DNA of 64,000 nt from an uncultured Chloroflexia bacterium (GCA_963700285.1 CAVOXA010000001.1:1088001-1152000); one strand, 5' to 3'; counted from the stretch's first letter, positions 17,998 to 30,392 are shown. Made by a program: numbers and translations. The notes: generated by a model not told the origin, from the letters alone.

Positions 17998-18026
17998 TTG
18001 ACAAACCCCCTTCCTGATGATACCAT
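17998..18026 (+). promoter_or_regulatory. Probable sigma70 promoter
   Basis: TTGACA (17998-18003), 17 nt, TGA-TACCAT (18021-18026). Confidence 0.5.
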
Positions 18027-18055
18027 GACCCAACACCTAATCCATCCTGCACAGT

Positions 18056-18109
18056 CGCCCGCAGGCTACTATACACCCGCAGGCAACTGCACACCCACAG
18101 GTCAAGGTA
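18056..18109. repeat. Three imperfect 18-bp tandem repeats
   Basis: CGCCCGCAGG at 18056, CACCCGCAGG at 18074, CACCCACAGG at 18092. Confidence 0.55.
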
Positions 18110-18284
18110 ACGTGCATTGACAACGGTTCCAGCGACGTTCGCGCGCTGCTATCTGTGGAATGGCGGCCCCGGCTTGAGGTTCTTTGTGCTGCCAGGGTCT
18201 GGAAGACAGCATCACCGTGGGATGGAGTCCAATTCGCTCGAGGCACGACTGATAACTCAATCACATGATTAGCAAAGGAGGGAA

Positions 18285-21200
18285 GTGAGTATGGGGCAGA
18301 GACGGCAGTGTGTTCGCATTTTGGCAGGTCTACTGGTGTTAAGCCTGGTAGTCACATCTGTCCCGTGGACTGGTATACAGGTCCAGGCGCAGGCAACCGA
18401 GTTGTTCTTTTCCGAGTACATAGAGGGCTCGAGCAACAACAAGGCCCTGGAGATCTACAATGGCACCGGGGCCGCGATCGATCTGGCAGCCGGCGGCTAC
18501 AACGTCCAGATGTATTTCAACGGAAGTGCGAGCGCCGGCCTCACGATCAACCTGACCGGCACGGTGGCGGATGGGGATGTGTTCGTGCTGGCCCACTCCT
18601 CGCGCTGACGCGACCATCCTCGCCCAGGCTGACCAGACCAACGGCGCGGGGTGGTTCAATGGCAACGATGCGGTTGTGCTGCGCAATGGTACGACCATCC
18701 TTGATGTCATTGGCCAGATCGGCTTTAACCCCGGCACCGAATGGGGCAGCGGCCTGACCAGCACCGCCGACAACACCCTGCGCCGCAAGGCGACCATCTG
18801 TGCCGGCGATCCGGACGGCAGCAATGCCTTTGACCCATCCGTTGAGTGGGATGGTTTCGCCACGAATACCTTTGACGGACTGGGAGCGCACACGGCCAAC
18901 TGCGGTCCGACGCCGCAAGAGCCCAAGATCAACGAGTTCTCGGCCAGCACCACTGGCACCGATGTAGAGTACGTCGAGATCTTTGGCTCTGCGGATACCG
19001 ATTACTCTGCCTACACGGTTCTGGAAATCGAAGGGGATACGCACCGGCGCTGGCGTGGTTGACGAGGTCATCCCCGTCGGCACGACCGATTCCGCCGGAT
19101 TCTGGCTTGCAGAACCTGGCCGCAAATGCGCTGGAGAACGGCACGCATCACCCTGCTGCTGGTCAAGGACTTTAGCCGGTGCATTCAGCGACGATCTCGA
19201 CACGGACAATGATGGCGCCTTCGATGTCACGCCCTGGAGCGCGATCGTCGATGCCGTCGCTGTGAACGACGGTGGGGCAGGCGATCTGACCTACGGCGTG
19301 CCGGCCCTCGGCCCGAACTACGATGGCGTCAGCAGCTTTGCCCCCGGCGGCGCTTCGCGCTATCCCCGACGGCTTCGACACGGACAGCCGCCACCGACTG
19401 GGTGCGCAACGACTTCGACCTGGCCGGCATCCCCGGCTTCCCGGCACCATCGTGCCTGGGCGAGGCGTACAACACGCCCGGCGCACCGAACGAGATCTAT
19501 GTTCCGCCGCCCGAAGCCTGCGGCGACCCCTTCACGCCCATCTACGACGTGCAGGGCAACGGCCTGACCAGCCCGCTGGTGGGCACGGAAGTGGCCGTCG
19601 AAGGCGTCGTCGTCGGCGACTTTCAGAACAATGACCAGCCCGACAACGGCAACCTGAACGGCTTCCACGTTCAGGATCCGGTCGGCGATGGCGATCCAGC
19701 CACCTCGGATGGCGTCTTTATCTACGCCCCAGGCGGCATGGATGTCAGCGTGGGCGATGCCGTGCGCGTGCGCGGCACGGTGTCCGAGTACAACGGCATG
19801 ACCGAGATCACCGCGAGCCAGATCTGGCTGTGCTCGAGCGGCAACAGCGTGGCTCCAACCGCACGTCTCACTGCCCGTGGCAAGTCTGGACGATTTCGAG
19901 CCCTTCGAGGGCATGCTGGTCACCTTCCCGCAGTCGCTCTACATCTCCGAGTACTTCAACTTTGACCGCTTCGGCGAGATCGTGCTGACCGCGGATCGCC
20001 AGTCCCAGCCGACGGCCGTCTACGAGCCTGGGTCGCCGGAGGCAGCAGCCGCTGGCGCAGGCTAACCTGCTCGACCGCATCACGCTCGACGATGGGCGCA
20101 CCACGCAGAACCCCGATCCGGCCATCCACCCCAACGGCGGCATCTTTGACCTGACCAACCTGTTCCGCGGCGGCGACACGGTCCAGAACGTGACCGGCGT
20201 GATGGACTACAGCTTTGGCCTGTACCGCATCCAGCCGACTCAGGGCGCGGACTATACCATCGGCCAATCCCCGCACCGGCCCAGCCCGACGACGTGGGCG
20301 GCAGCCTGAAGGTGGCCTCCTTCAACGTGCTCAACTACTTTACGACTCTTGACGACGGTGTCTGGATCTGTGGCCCGGCGGGAGACCAGGAATGCCGCGG
20401 CGCTGACACCCCTGAGGAGTTCACGCGCCAGCGGGACAAGATCATCGCCGCCCTGGCTGCCATCAATGCCGACGTGGTCGGGCTGATCGAGATCGAGAAC
20501 CATCCGGGCGATGTGCCCACGGCCGACCTGGTAGCTGGGCTCAACGATGTGATGGGCGCGGGAACCTACGACTACATCGCCACCGGCGCCATCGGCACCG
20601 ACGCCATCCGGCAGGCCTTCATCTACAAGCCGGCGACGGTGACGCCGCTGGGCGCCTACGCCATCCTCGATTCCTCGGTGGACCCCCGCTTCCTGGATGA
20701 CTACAACCGGCCGGTACTGGCCCAGACCTTTCAGGACAACGCCACCGGCGGCATCTTCACCGTGGCGGTCAACCACCTCAAGTCCAAGGGCTCGGACTGC
20801 AACGACGTCGGCGATCCCGATCTTGGCGATGGCGCCGGCAACTGCAACCTGACCCGCAAAGCCGCGGCCGAGGCCCTGGTGGACTGGCTGGCGACCGATC
20901 CCACCGGCAGCGGCGACGCCGACTTCCTGATCATCGGCGACCTGAACTCCTACGACAAGGAAGATCCGATCGACGTCTTGCTGGCTGGCGGCTACACCGA
21001 CCTGATCTACCAATTCCTGGGCGAATACGCCTACTCCTACGTCTTTGACGGCCAGATCGGCTACCTCGACCATGCCCTGGCCGGCGCGAACGTGAACCTG
21101 CTGGACGAGGTCACCGGCGTGACGGTCTGGCACATCAACGCCGACGAGCCCGACCTGATCGACTATGACATGAGCTTCAAGCAGGACGCCCAGGATGCGC

Positions 21201-21618
21201 TGTACGCGCCGGATGCCTACCGCTCCTCGGACCACGATCCGGTCATCGTCGGCCTGGATGTCTGCGACGAGATCGCGCCAACCTGGAGGTATCGGTGACT
21301 CCCGACACGCTCTGGCCGGCGAACCACAAGTACGTGGAAGTGCAGGTGAGCGTCGATCTGGTCGAGGACAACTTTGACCCGAACCCGCTGGTGACGCTGG
21401 TCTCGGTGACGTCCAACGAGCCAGACGACGGCCTGGGCGACGGCGACACCCCTGTCGATATCGTGATCGTCGATGACTTCAGCTTCAAGCTGCGGGCGGA
21501 GCGCTCCGGCACGGGCGAAGGCCGGATCTACACCATCACCTACCAGGTGACGGATGCCTGCGGCAACAGCACCGAGGCGACAGCCACGGTGACGGTGCCG
21601 CACGACAAGGGAGAATAG
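18285..21618 (+). CDS. ExeM/NucH-family extracellular endonuclease with lamin-tail domains (many apparent frameshifts)
   Basis: Signal peptide, [28 protein letters not shown]-fold, [47 protein letters not shown] spread over successive frames. Confidence 0.85.
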
Positions 21619-21638
21619 GGACAAAAAGATAGCTGTGA

Positions 21639-22070
21639 AGGAACACTATAACGAATTGAGAAAGCAGCGGATTCCCGTCTGAGCGGCCATTCGTTGTAGT
21701 GTCCTACCGAATCTCCGAGCCCCGTTGGCGAGGTCGGGCCTGTATGGCAGACCTCGTCCTGGTGGGCCCCTGGACGGGGGCTCGGAGTGGGACAGGAACA
21801 GTGCAACGAATGGAGAAAACAACGAACGCTCCTCATGCGGGCAATTCGTTGCACTCCGAATTCGTTGTGGAGTCTGGCAGGAGTTCCGAGCCGTCGCGCT
21901 TCAGGGCGGGGGCTCAGAGCGGGCAGGAACACTACGACGAATGGAGAAAGGAACGAATGCTCCATGGGGGACAATCGGTTTGATTCCGAATTCGTTGTCG
22001 TGTTTGACAGGAGTTCCGAGCCGTCGCGCTCATGGGCGGGGGCCCGGAGCCCTGGTGCTGACTGAATGAT
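21639..22070. repeat. Cluster of REP/BIME-like palindromic units
   Basis: Left arms ATTCGTTGT near 21689, 21860, 21990. Right arms AGGAACA..(C/T)(A/G)ACGAAT.GAGAAA near 21639, 21794, 21925. Inner TCCGAGCC/GGGGCTC stems. 21855 and 21985 start a roughly 65-bp direct repeat. Confidence 0.75.
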
Positions 22071-22212
22071 CGATGGAACCGGCTGCGGTCGCGGTCGCCG
22101 GTCTGGGCAGCCGATCACGAAAGGGGGTGACCGAGGAGGACGGATCAGCAAAGCATTGCAGTTCGCTACATGGTCGTAACACGATTCCAAAACAAAGAAG
22201 GAGAGACAAAAG

Positions 22213-24327
22213 ATGAAGCGCAAAATTGTGGCTGTACTGGGTGTCGTTGTGTTGTTTAGCAGCCTGCTGGTGGCTGCTATGCCGGTCAGTGCCGGGAAGG
22301 CGGATGTCGCAGATCTCCCCATCCCGGTTGATATCGACAGCATTCTAAAGGAGATGCCGGCACCTAAGCAGCCAGAGCCACAGGAAGCAGCTGTTCTGGC
22401 CGCGGATGGAGAGACAACCGCATCCCAGTGCTTTGGCAATAACGAGAGCCTTCCCATCACCATCACCAGCTTTGACCCGGCCAATCCTCTCAGCCAGGAT
22501 GTCGTGTTCTGGAGAGAAACCGCTGACGATTCCCCGGGTAAGGCCACGCTCTGGGTGGCATGGGACTTTGTGACAACGGCCTATGGCCGAGAGGATGTGA
22601 TCACCTGCGACCAGTTGGCCTACATGCAGAGCCAGATGGACAGCATTGTCGCCACGGACGTCGAGTACTTTGGCGAGTATGTACAGCGTCCGGCAGGCAA
22701 TGAAAACATCGACGTGATGATCTACAACATTGTCGACGAGAGCTATTTCGATCCGGACTACCCCTTTTACGTCGCCGGCTTTTTCTGGTCGAACATTAAC
22801 AACGAGCTGGATCGAAACATGATCTTTATTGATACGTTGGACTGGGTCAACCGCATCGGACCCGATGCTACACGTCCATATCTCTACGAGGGTACGGTTG
22901 CTCACGAGCTCCAGCACCTGATCCACAACGACCACGATTCTCAGGAGCTTTCCTGGGTGGAGGAGGGGCTGTCCGACCTGGCAGAATACCTGAATGGATT
23001 CGGCCACCCCGACGGTCATGTGGTCTACTACCTGGCCTACCATCGCACCTCACTGACGGTCTGGGGCGGTGGGCTGGAGGACTATGGCGCCAGCTATCTT
23101 TTCCAGCTATACCTGCTGGAGAATTTTGGCTCCAAGACGGCCGGCAAATGGGATCCTGGATGGACACACGCCTTGTGTGGCGATCCACGCACGGGCATCG
23201 ATGGTATCCAAGGCCTGACCGGGATGAGTATGAGCGATCTCTATGACGCCTGGGTCCTGGCCAACTACCTGGACGATCCATCACTGGAAGGCCCAGGCGA
23301 TTTGCCCCTGGGTTACGACGAGATTGACCTTGTCCCCTTCACCAGCCGGGCCTACAGTCCATGGTCGATTGCGCGGTCCATCAACGACATCTATGGCAGT
23401 GACCACAAGGGCAATCTGCCCATCGCTCGCTACTGGGGCGGCTACAAGTCGGGCACTGTCGAATATCCGCTGGGCGCCTTGCCCCCGTATGCGCCGCTGT
23501 ACGGCACCTACAAGGGCATGCAACCTACGATGGATGTCCTACTGCGTGGGGACGCCGAGTCTGGTGTGGCTCCCAACTCCGGCGGCTATGAGGTGGCGAG
23601 TGGCGGCGGCAACCTGCTTACTGATCGCATGCTGGCGCTCAAAGAGGAGGTCGGGGGCACCCTGACTTTCTGGACCTGGTTCCACATCGAGGAGGACTGG
23701 GACTTTGGTTTTGTTGAAGCCTCCGCCGATGGCGGATCGACTTGGGAACCACTTGCGGGCAGTATCACCCGCCAAAGCGACAATCCCTTTGGTTCCACTG
23801 CTTGGGAAAACTCGCTTGTCGCTGGACAGGCCAGTACAGACACGGCGATCACCGGCATGAGCTGCGCCCAAGCCAGTTGTGAGCATCCAGAGTGGGTGGA
23901 GGCCACCTTTGAGTTGCCCGCAGCTAGCGGCGTGTTGGTTCGGCTCTCCTACTACACCGACGATGCGTACAACGACCCTGGTTGGTTCATCGACGACGTC
24001 CAGGTAAATGGCTTCAGCGATGGCTTTGAGAGTGGTACCGGCAACTGGGATCTGGGTGGCTGGACGCCGACTAGCGGCCTGTTTGCCAATGACTGGGTGG
24101 CGGGGTACGTTAATCCTGTCTATGCCAAGGGCAAGTTCTCCCATCTGGACTATGGATACTTTGATGACGACGTGATGGATGGCGCTTATGAGTACGAGAT
24201 GGGTGCCGTCGATACCAGCCGGCTGCAGAAGGATCAGGCAACCGTAGTCATTTCCAACCGTCCGGGTTGGAGCGACTTTGCCGCCAACTACTTGCTGCTG
24301 GTTGAGAAAGGCGATGCCTCGCAGTAG
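22213..24327 (+). CDS. Secreted zinc metallopeptidase (M30/M6 immune-inhibitor-A-like)
   Basis: Signal peptide, AHELQHLIH (HExxH), WVEEGLS, IEEDWDFGFVEAS and YYTDD...GWFIDD InhA-type C-terminal domain. Confidence 0.85.
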   Translation: MKRKIVAVLGVVVLFSSLLVAAMPVSAGKADVADLPIPVDIDSILKEMPAPKQPEPQEAAVLAADGETTASQCFGNNESLPITITSFDPANPLSQDVVFWRETADDSPGKATLWVAWDFVTTAYGREDVITCDQLAYMQSQMDSIVATDVEYFGEYVQRPAGNENIDVMIYNIVDESYFDPDYPFYVAGFFWSNINNELDRNMIFIDTLDWVNRIGPDATRPYLYEGTVAHELQHLIHNDHDSQELSWVEEGLSDLAEYLNGFGHPDGHVVYYLAYHRTSLTVWGGGLEDYGASYLFQLYLLENFGSKTAGKWDPGWTHALCGDPRTGIDGIQGLTGMSMSDLYDAWVLANYLDDPSLEGPGDLPLGYDEIDLVPFTSRAYSPWSIARSINDIYGSDHKGNLPIARYWGGYKSGTVEYPLGALPPYAPLYGTYKGMQPTMDVLLRGDAESGVAPNSGGYEVASGGGNLLTDRMLALKEEVGGTLTFWTWFHIEEDWDFGFVEASADGGSTWEPLAGSITRQSDNPFGSTAWENSLVAGQASTDTAITGMSCAQASCEHPEWVEATFELPAASGVLVRLSYYTDDAYNDPGWFIDDVQVNGFSDGFESGTGNWDLGGWTPTSGLFANDWVAGYVNPVYAKGKFSHLDYGYFDDDVMDGAYEYEMGAVDTSRLQKDQATVVISNRPGWSDFAANYLLLVEKGDASQ

Positions 24328-24361
24328 GCGCCTCGGGCGTGAGATCGTATGAAACGAAAGG

Positions 24362-24391
24362 GGCTGGCAGGATCCTGCCAGCCTCTTCTTT
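24362..24391 (+). terminator. Intrinsic terminator
   Basis: GGCTGGCAGG-AT-CCTGCCAGCC followed by TCTTCTTT. Confidence 0.7.
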
Positions 24392-24412
24392 GCGCGTGGA
24401 GGGCTCAGATGG

Positions 24413-25048
24413 TCACTTCTCCGGGATTAGGAGAAGGTGGTCAGGCTCTATCGGCTCGACGGGCTGCCAGGGATGATCATCTTTGATGCCTTTGGATGAT
24501 GGCGGGTGGTCACTCCCAGCAGTCGAGCAGAACACTACCCGGCTAGTGCGTTCTGCATGATAGTCATATGCTTGCCCTTGTGCCTCTAGCTTAACTCGGT
24601 AGCCAGGTATGATCACCTGGGCGTACGCCAAGTCCGGCTGGGGGCAGCCCAAGCTGGCATCGGGCCAGATTACCTCCTTCACTGAACGGACGATGATGTC
24701 TTCCTCCGATACTCCAAGCCGCTGGGCGAGGTCAGCCACAGCCTGAGAAACTACCTTCTCGGCTCCCATTGTAGCCGAGCCGCCCAGTTCACGAGTTGCT
24801 GTCGTCGCCACGACCGGACTTGTTTGGGCTTTCGAAACTGCAGTAGGAACCTGGACATGGCTCTCCATGTGCGCGGCCGGCGTTGGCCTCGTTCTTGTTG
24901 GTGCACGGAGTCTGGTATTCGGGCCCTTTGTAGGTGGGACGGCGAAATCTGTAGCCAGTGTTGATCCCCTGCAGGCTGACAGGCCCAAGATCAAATGGAA
25001 AAGCATGATTGCTGCCAGTAGCCCTGGTGTGACGGTCCTTTTTCCCAT
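24413..25048 (-). CDS. Lipoprotein of unknown function
   Basis: LSAC lipobox and WPDASLGCPQP..AYAQVI.PGY...YDYH domain. Confidence 0.75.
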   Translation of the reverse strand: MGKRTVTPGLLAAIMLFHLILGLSACRGSTLATDFAVPPTKGPNTRLRAPTRTRPTPAAHMESHVQVPTAVSKAQTSPVVATTATRELGGSATMGAEKVVSQAVADLAQRLGVSEEDIIVRSVKEVIWPDASLGCPQPDLAYAQVIIPGYRVKLEAQGQAYDYHAERTSRVVFCSTAGSDHPPSSKGIKDDHPWQPVEPIEPDHLLLIPEK

Positions 25049-25344
25049 CAGTGAGTCCTCTTTCCTCGCCCCGCTTGGAGCGATGTTCCTCCCATGCTCT
25101 ATAAGGACGGTTCAGACAGAGCCGGTGTTCCATCTCGGAACGATTCCAAAAGGACGGCAGTCACGGCATTCGGGGCGTTCGGCCAGGCACGGGTTCGCGC
25201 GACCAGATCGCGGCCTTGACCAGGTTCGGGATTCATGATAGGCTATAGCTGGAGCGGTACCGTCGTGGCCGGCCCCTTAGGTGACTGCAGGAGAGAGCTT
25301 GCATCTCTTGTATTTTCAAGATAATTTCGCGATTATTCCAAGAA

Positions 25345-25373
25345 TTGACAGGCTGGCCACTATCGGTTATAAT
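25345..25373 (+). promoter_or_regulatory. Consensus sigma70 promoter
   Basis: TTGACA (25345-25350), 17 nt, TATAAT (25368-25373). Confidence 0.8.
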
Positions 25374-25455
25374 CGGGACCGCTTGGGCGGCAGGGATCTG
25401 GGCCACAGACCTCGCTACGAAGCGACCTGGCCAGCATAGGAGGATACTGCAATCT

Positions 25456-26951
25456 ATGCGCATTGCGCTGATCAATCCCAGATTCAGACTGCCCATCGAC
25501 ACCCGCACCAGCCCCCACCTGGGGCTGGCCTACCTGGGCGCCGTGTCCCAGGAGCGGGGCGACGAGGTGCGCATCTATGACGCCGACGTCGAGGAGCCAG
25601 CCGCTGGGCGAGTTTGTCGCCGAGTTCCAGCCCGACCTGGTGGGCATCACGGCCAATACGCCCCAGGTCAAGGGCGCCTGGCGCACCGCCGCCGCCATCA
25701 AGCAGGTCGCCGACGTTCCGGTGGTCCTGGGCGGCCCTCATGTCAGCGTCGTCTCGGAGCAGCTTGACTACGAGTCGCTTCGCCAGCCTGGGGTCGATCT
25801 GATCGTTCGTGGTGAGGGCGAGGCGACCTGGCTCGACATAAGCCAGCGCCTGGAGGATTGGAAGCGCGACCAGGAGTCCCACTCGACGGCCAGACTATTT
25901 GATCCGGCGCTGGGCCTGTGGGACGACATGGAGGGCATCAGCTACCGGACATCGGACGGTGAGCTGCACCGCAACCCGGACCGGCTTCCCATCGCCGATC
26001 TGGACAGCCTGCCCTGGCCGGCCTACGACCTGTTCAAGATGGACCATTATACCAGCCTGCAGCCGGCCACCGATGCCGTGGACGGGGCGCGCTCCTTCTC
26101 GATGATGACCAGCCGGGGTTGCCCGTACCGCTGTACCTTCTGCTCGCAGTCGATCATGCCCGTCAAGTGGCGCGCGCGGTCGGCCGAGAACGTGCTGGCG
26201 GAATGGCGGCACCTGGTGCGCGATCGCGACGCCCAGGAGATCGGCGTACTGGACGATTCGGCCAACATCCGCATGGGCCGCCTGGAGGAACTGTCGGATC
26301 TGCTGGTCGCCCAACAGACTCAACCACGTGCCCTGGATCTTTGTCAACGGCATCCGGGCCAACCTGGCTTCACTGGAACTCCTGACCAAGATGAAGGCCG
26401 CCGGTCTGCAGCGAACGGCCTTTGGTGTCGAGACCGGCGATCCGGACATGCTGGTCAGCATCGACAAGCGTACCGACCACGACGCCATCCGCCAGGCTTT
26501 CGTGAATGCCAAGAAGGCCGGCATCGAGACCATCGGCTTTTTCATCATCGGTTTGCCGGGCGATACCCGGGAGTCGATGCAGCGCACCATCGACTTTGCC
26601 ATCGAGGTGGACCCGCTCATCGCCAACTTTAGCATGATGACGCCCTATCCTGGCACCAAGGTCTACGAGATCGTCAAGGAGCAGGGGCGTTTTCTCATCG
26701 AGGACTGGGAGGACTATGTCTTCTTTGAGCAAAAGGCCCGCTACGAGATGGGCGACATGACGGCCGAGCTGGTGGAAGAGATGTACCGCCGGGCCTACCG
26801 CCAGTTCTACCTGCGGCCCAAGCCGGTTCTGCGCCGCTTGAAAACCAAGGGCTTCTGGCTGAACCTGCCGCGCAACGCGCGCATCGCCCTGCGGACCTTT
26901 GTGCCCAAGGCGGAAAAGACAGAGCTGCGCGAGCAGGTCGAGGAACGTTAG
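25456..26951 (+). CDS. B12-binding radical SAM protein (apparent frameshifts near 25595 and 26315)
   Basis: PHLGLAYL, VVLGGPH, RGEGE, TSRGCPYRCTFC, FGVETG, TPYPGT. Confidence 0.85.
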
Positions 26952-27007
26952 AACGTGTGCCAGACGTGCTGGAACGCTCTCAACGCTGTTGTGAGAGGTT
27001 TCTCTGA

Positions 27008-28475
27008 ATGAAGACGACGCTGATCTACCCCGGCATCGCCGGGCGGGGATTCAACAGCCTGAGCCAGGGCATGGATGCCGGCTGGGTATCGCACGGCCTG
27101 GCTTCCATCAGCGCTGCGGCCAAGGCCCAGGGCTTTGAGGTCGACCTGATCGACCTGCGCGCGCTGCGGGACTGGGATCACTTTCGCCAGGAGTTTGAGG
27201 CGCGCGACCCGGACGTGGTGGGCATCGGCATGATGTCGGTGGACTATAACCCTACCCGGCAGGCCCTGGAGATCGTCAAGGAAATCAAGCCGGAGACGGT
27301 GACCATCGTCGGCGGGCCGCACGTCACCCTCGCCCTGGACGACTCGCTCAGGATGCCCAACGTGGACTACTTGGTGACCCACGAGGCCGAGGTCACCTTC
27401 CCCAAGCTGCTGCGGGCCATCGAGCAGGGCGAGCTGCCCGCAGGCAAAGGTGCTCCGCGGCGAGACGCCCGACCTGGATGCCATCCCCTTTGCCGACCGC
27501 GACCTGTTCCTGGACGAGTGGCGCAAGTGGGGCTATGACCTCGACAGCCCCGAGGTGCCCTTTGTCAAGGAGCTGCCGGCGCCCTTTCTGACCATCATCG
27601 CCGGGCGGGGCTGCGTCTACAACTGCTCTTTCTGCAAGCCGGGCGAGGACCTCATCTTTGGCAAGGGGGTGCGCCGCCGCTCCGTGGACAACGTCATCGC
27701 ACGAGCTGGAGGAGCTGCGCGAGCGCTATCACTTTGCCAGCTTTATGTTCCACGACGACTGCCTGACCGAGGACCGGCGCTGGGTGGCCGAGTTCACCCG
27801 GCGCTACCAGGAGGAGGGCTTTACCCAGCCCTTTTTCTGCCAGAGCCGGGCCGACATCATCGCCCGCCACCCGGACATGGTGGAGATGATGGCCGATGCC
27901 GGTCTTGCGGGCTACTTTCGTCGGCTTTGAGAGCGGCAACGACGCGGGTGCTCAACTTTCTGCGCAAGGGCACCACGCCGGAGCGGAACCTGGAAGCGGC
28001 CCAGGTCTGCCGCCAGTATGGCCTCACCATCTGGGCCAACTATATGCTGGGCATTCCCACCGAGACCAAGGACGAGGTCATGGACACGGTCAACATGATC
28101 CGCGAGATCGATCCCGACTACTACAGCCCAGCTTTCTTCACACCCCATCCGGGCACCGATCTGTACGACTATTGCGTCGAGCACGACCTGAGCCTGATCA
28201 CCGACTATGACAGCTACCGCCGCAATCCCACCGAACCCAAGATCAAGGGCCAGGACTACGAGTTCCTCAAATGGGCCCGAGACCACAGCCAGGAACGGTT
28301 GTTCAAGAACCGTGTGCGCCGCGGAGGGCGGGCCTTTGCCGAAAAGTACGCCGATCCGGCCCGCTATGCCCGCAAGGCGCGCAAGATCCTGGGCGTTCAG
28401 ACGCCGGGTTCGGACAATGGCTCGTTTCGGGCGGTGAGGGCGCGGGATAGACAGTTCGAGACGGTATCAGGCTGA
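27008..28475 (+). CDS. B12-binding radical SAM protein (apparent frameshifts near 27440, 27700, 27915-27945)
   Basis: IVGGPH, GRGCVYNCSFC, FHDD, GFESG, TPHPGT. Confidence 0.85.
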
Positions 28476-29886
28476 CCCGAGTCCCAGCCAGGCCGCAAAG
28501 CGAGTCCAGAAGGAGGCCGCTGGTTCCGGATCCGGGTCCTTTCCCTCCAGACCGGGATCGGCAGGTGGCTCATAGGCCATCAGGCGCCCGCTCGGTTCAC
28601 CGGCATCGTCATAGTTGATGCGCACGTAGCTGAGCAGTCGTTCGTCCGTAAAGCGCTCCGGATGCTGAAAGAGTTCCTGCCAGGTATGTTCGCCGGCTGC
28701 GGAGAGGTCGGCGCGCCAGGTCCATGTCCCACTGTTGATATAGGTACCGCCATCCGGTAGGAGCTCCTTGGCCGCGTCGTGGGTATGGCCAAAAGTCACC
28801 AGTTTGACACCTTCTTCTTGTGCCCGCACCTTGGCAATCTCGTATAACGAGGAATTGACCCTGGCCCGTATCTGGTCGCCCATGGCCACCGGGTCCGGCT
28901 GGCGGGGCATGGGGGCCAGATCCCCTTTGTCAAGTTCGGTGGATGCGGCCAGGATGTCCGCTACCTCGGCGTTAAATTCGGCGCGGTAGGCCTCGTCGGA
29001 CTCGTAGCGCTGCGCCATTTCCTGCCACCTGGACGGGATCTTCCAATTGGCGAAGAAGCGTTGCGCTTGGTTCCTCCGCGCCGGGTTCCTCGACGTCGCG
29101 GACGACTTCGGAAAAGATGCCCGGCAGGGCACGGATCAGTGTGGCGATGGACCGTGCGGCAAAGGGAAAATCGTAGGCCAGCGCGTACCAGACCAGGGCG
29201 GTGATGGGCTTGACGCCGTCGATCCAGTACTTGTCCCTTTCTACCTCGTTAAAGACGTCCATGACAAACCAGGAACCGGCCGGGATGGCCAACTGGCCCG
29301 GTTTGTCGTGGTCATGGGGCTCCTCCATGTCATCCACCCGGTCCACGACCTCTGCATACTGATTGCCGTGCTCAACGTAAATGCCCTCACGGCTGATGCG
29401 CCGTTCCTCAAAGATCAGCAGTGCAGCCCGGTCCCCGGTGGCAGCGACGGCTTGGCGGATGGCCTGCTGTACGGCTGGCCAGTGCAGGTTGACGTCGTGG
29501 TTGCCCTTCACAAAGGTCAGGTAGCGGGGCGGCGGCCCTGTCTGGATGAACCGCTGTAGGGCATCGAAAAAGATTGGGTGCCCGGCGATGATGAGGCGCA
29601 TCTTGCGCTTCGAATCTGGCTCCGACGAGGAATGATACCGCTTGGGCCGGTACTCCCGGGCCGGATCAAATTCGTCGACGTGGGGTACCTGGAGCATCTC
29701 AAATGCGTCGCCATTGATGATCAACTCTACCTCTGTGCCATCACGGTCGCTCTCGGCGGCGATGTCGTCCAGAAAGGCGGAAAATTCTTTGTCGCTGCCA
29801 AAATCCTCCAGAGGGTTTCCCTCATCCACGCGACCCGCACTAAGATGCAGGTCACTGATGACAATCTTGAACTTGCCGGGCATCAT
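28467..29886 (-). CDS. Calcineurin-like metallophosphoesterase (apparent frameshift near 29030)
   Basis: ISDLH, NGD, GNHD, EHGNQY in one frame; FGHTH and YINSGTW in the next. Confidence 0.85.
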
Positions 29887-30392
29887 ACACCTCCTGTTCA
29901 CTCTCAGTAGTCAGCTTTTCCTCGTCATGGATGCGCCACAGCTTTTCCAACCAGGCAGGCGTGGTCGCTTCTGGGATCAGGTCGCCACGGCGGAGGTAGG
30001 GTTTCAGGTCGAGGATCGGGGTGCCCTCAAAAGCGTCCAGGCCCTGTACATAGAGTCGCACACCCTGCCGCTCCAGTAGGCGGACGGGGGTGATAGCGAT
30101 AGGGTTGGGCCGGTGGGGCGAGCGCGTAGCAAAAATGCCTCGCAGCGGCATTTCCTCACGTCCTTCGGGCCGGACCTGTAGCGAATCCAGGTCCAAACCG
30201 GAGGGAGCTTGATCCAGCCACCACAGTCACCCAGATGTGAGAGAACTCTTCGATCCCATCGAGTGCCTCTTTCCAGGCTGCGTCTATCTCGATCACTGCC
30301 TGCTCTGCATCCAAGTTACGGGCTTTGGGCCGTGTGGGGCCCTGCACGACCCGCCCAATGGCCTTGAGTTGGAGATTAGGATCCTTCTTCAT
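29852..30392 (-). CDS. tsaA: tRNA (N6-threonylcarbamoyladenosine) methyltransferase TrmO/TsaA (frameshifted near 30200-30230)
   Basis: LKAIGRV, LDGIEEFSHIWV, GIFATRSPHRPNPI, GLDAFEGTPILDLKPY. Confidence 0.85.

Noticed and set aside
18590-21300. Programmed frameshifting or phase variation in the ExeM-like gene
   Set aside because: Too many shifts, no slippery heptamers or long homopolymers, and the same pattern occurs in unrelated genes.
21639-22070. CRISPR array
   Set aside because: Units are 130-170 bp, degenerate and palindromic, with no constant short repeat, no unique spacers and no cas genes.
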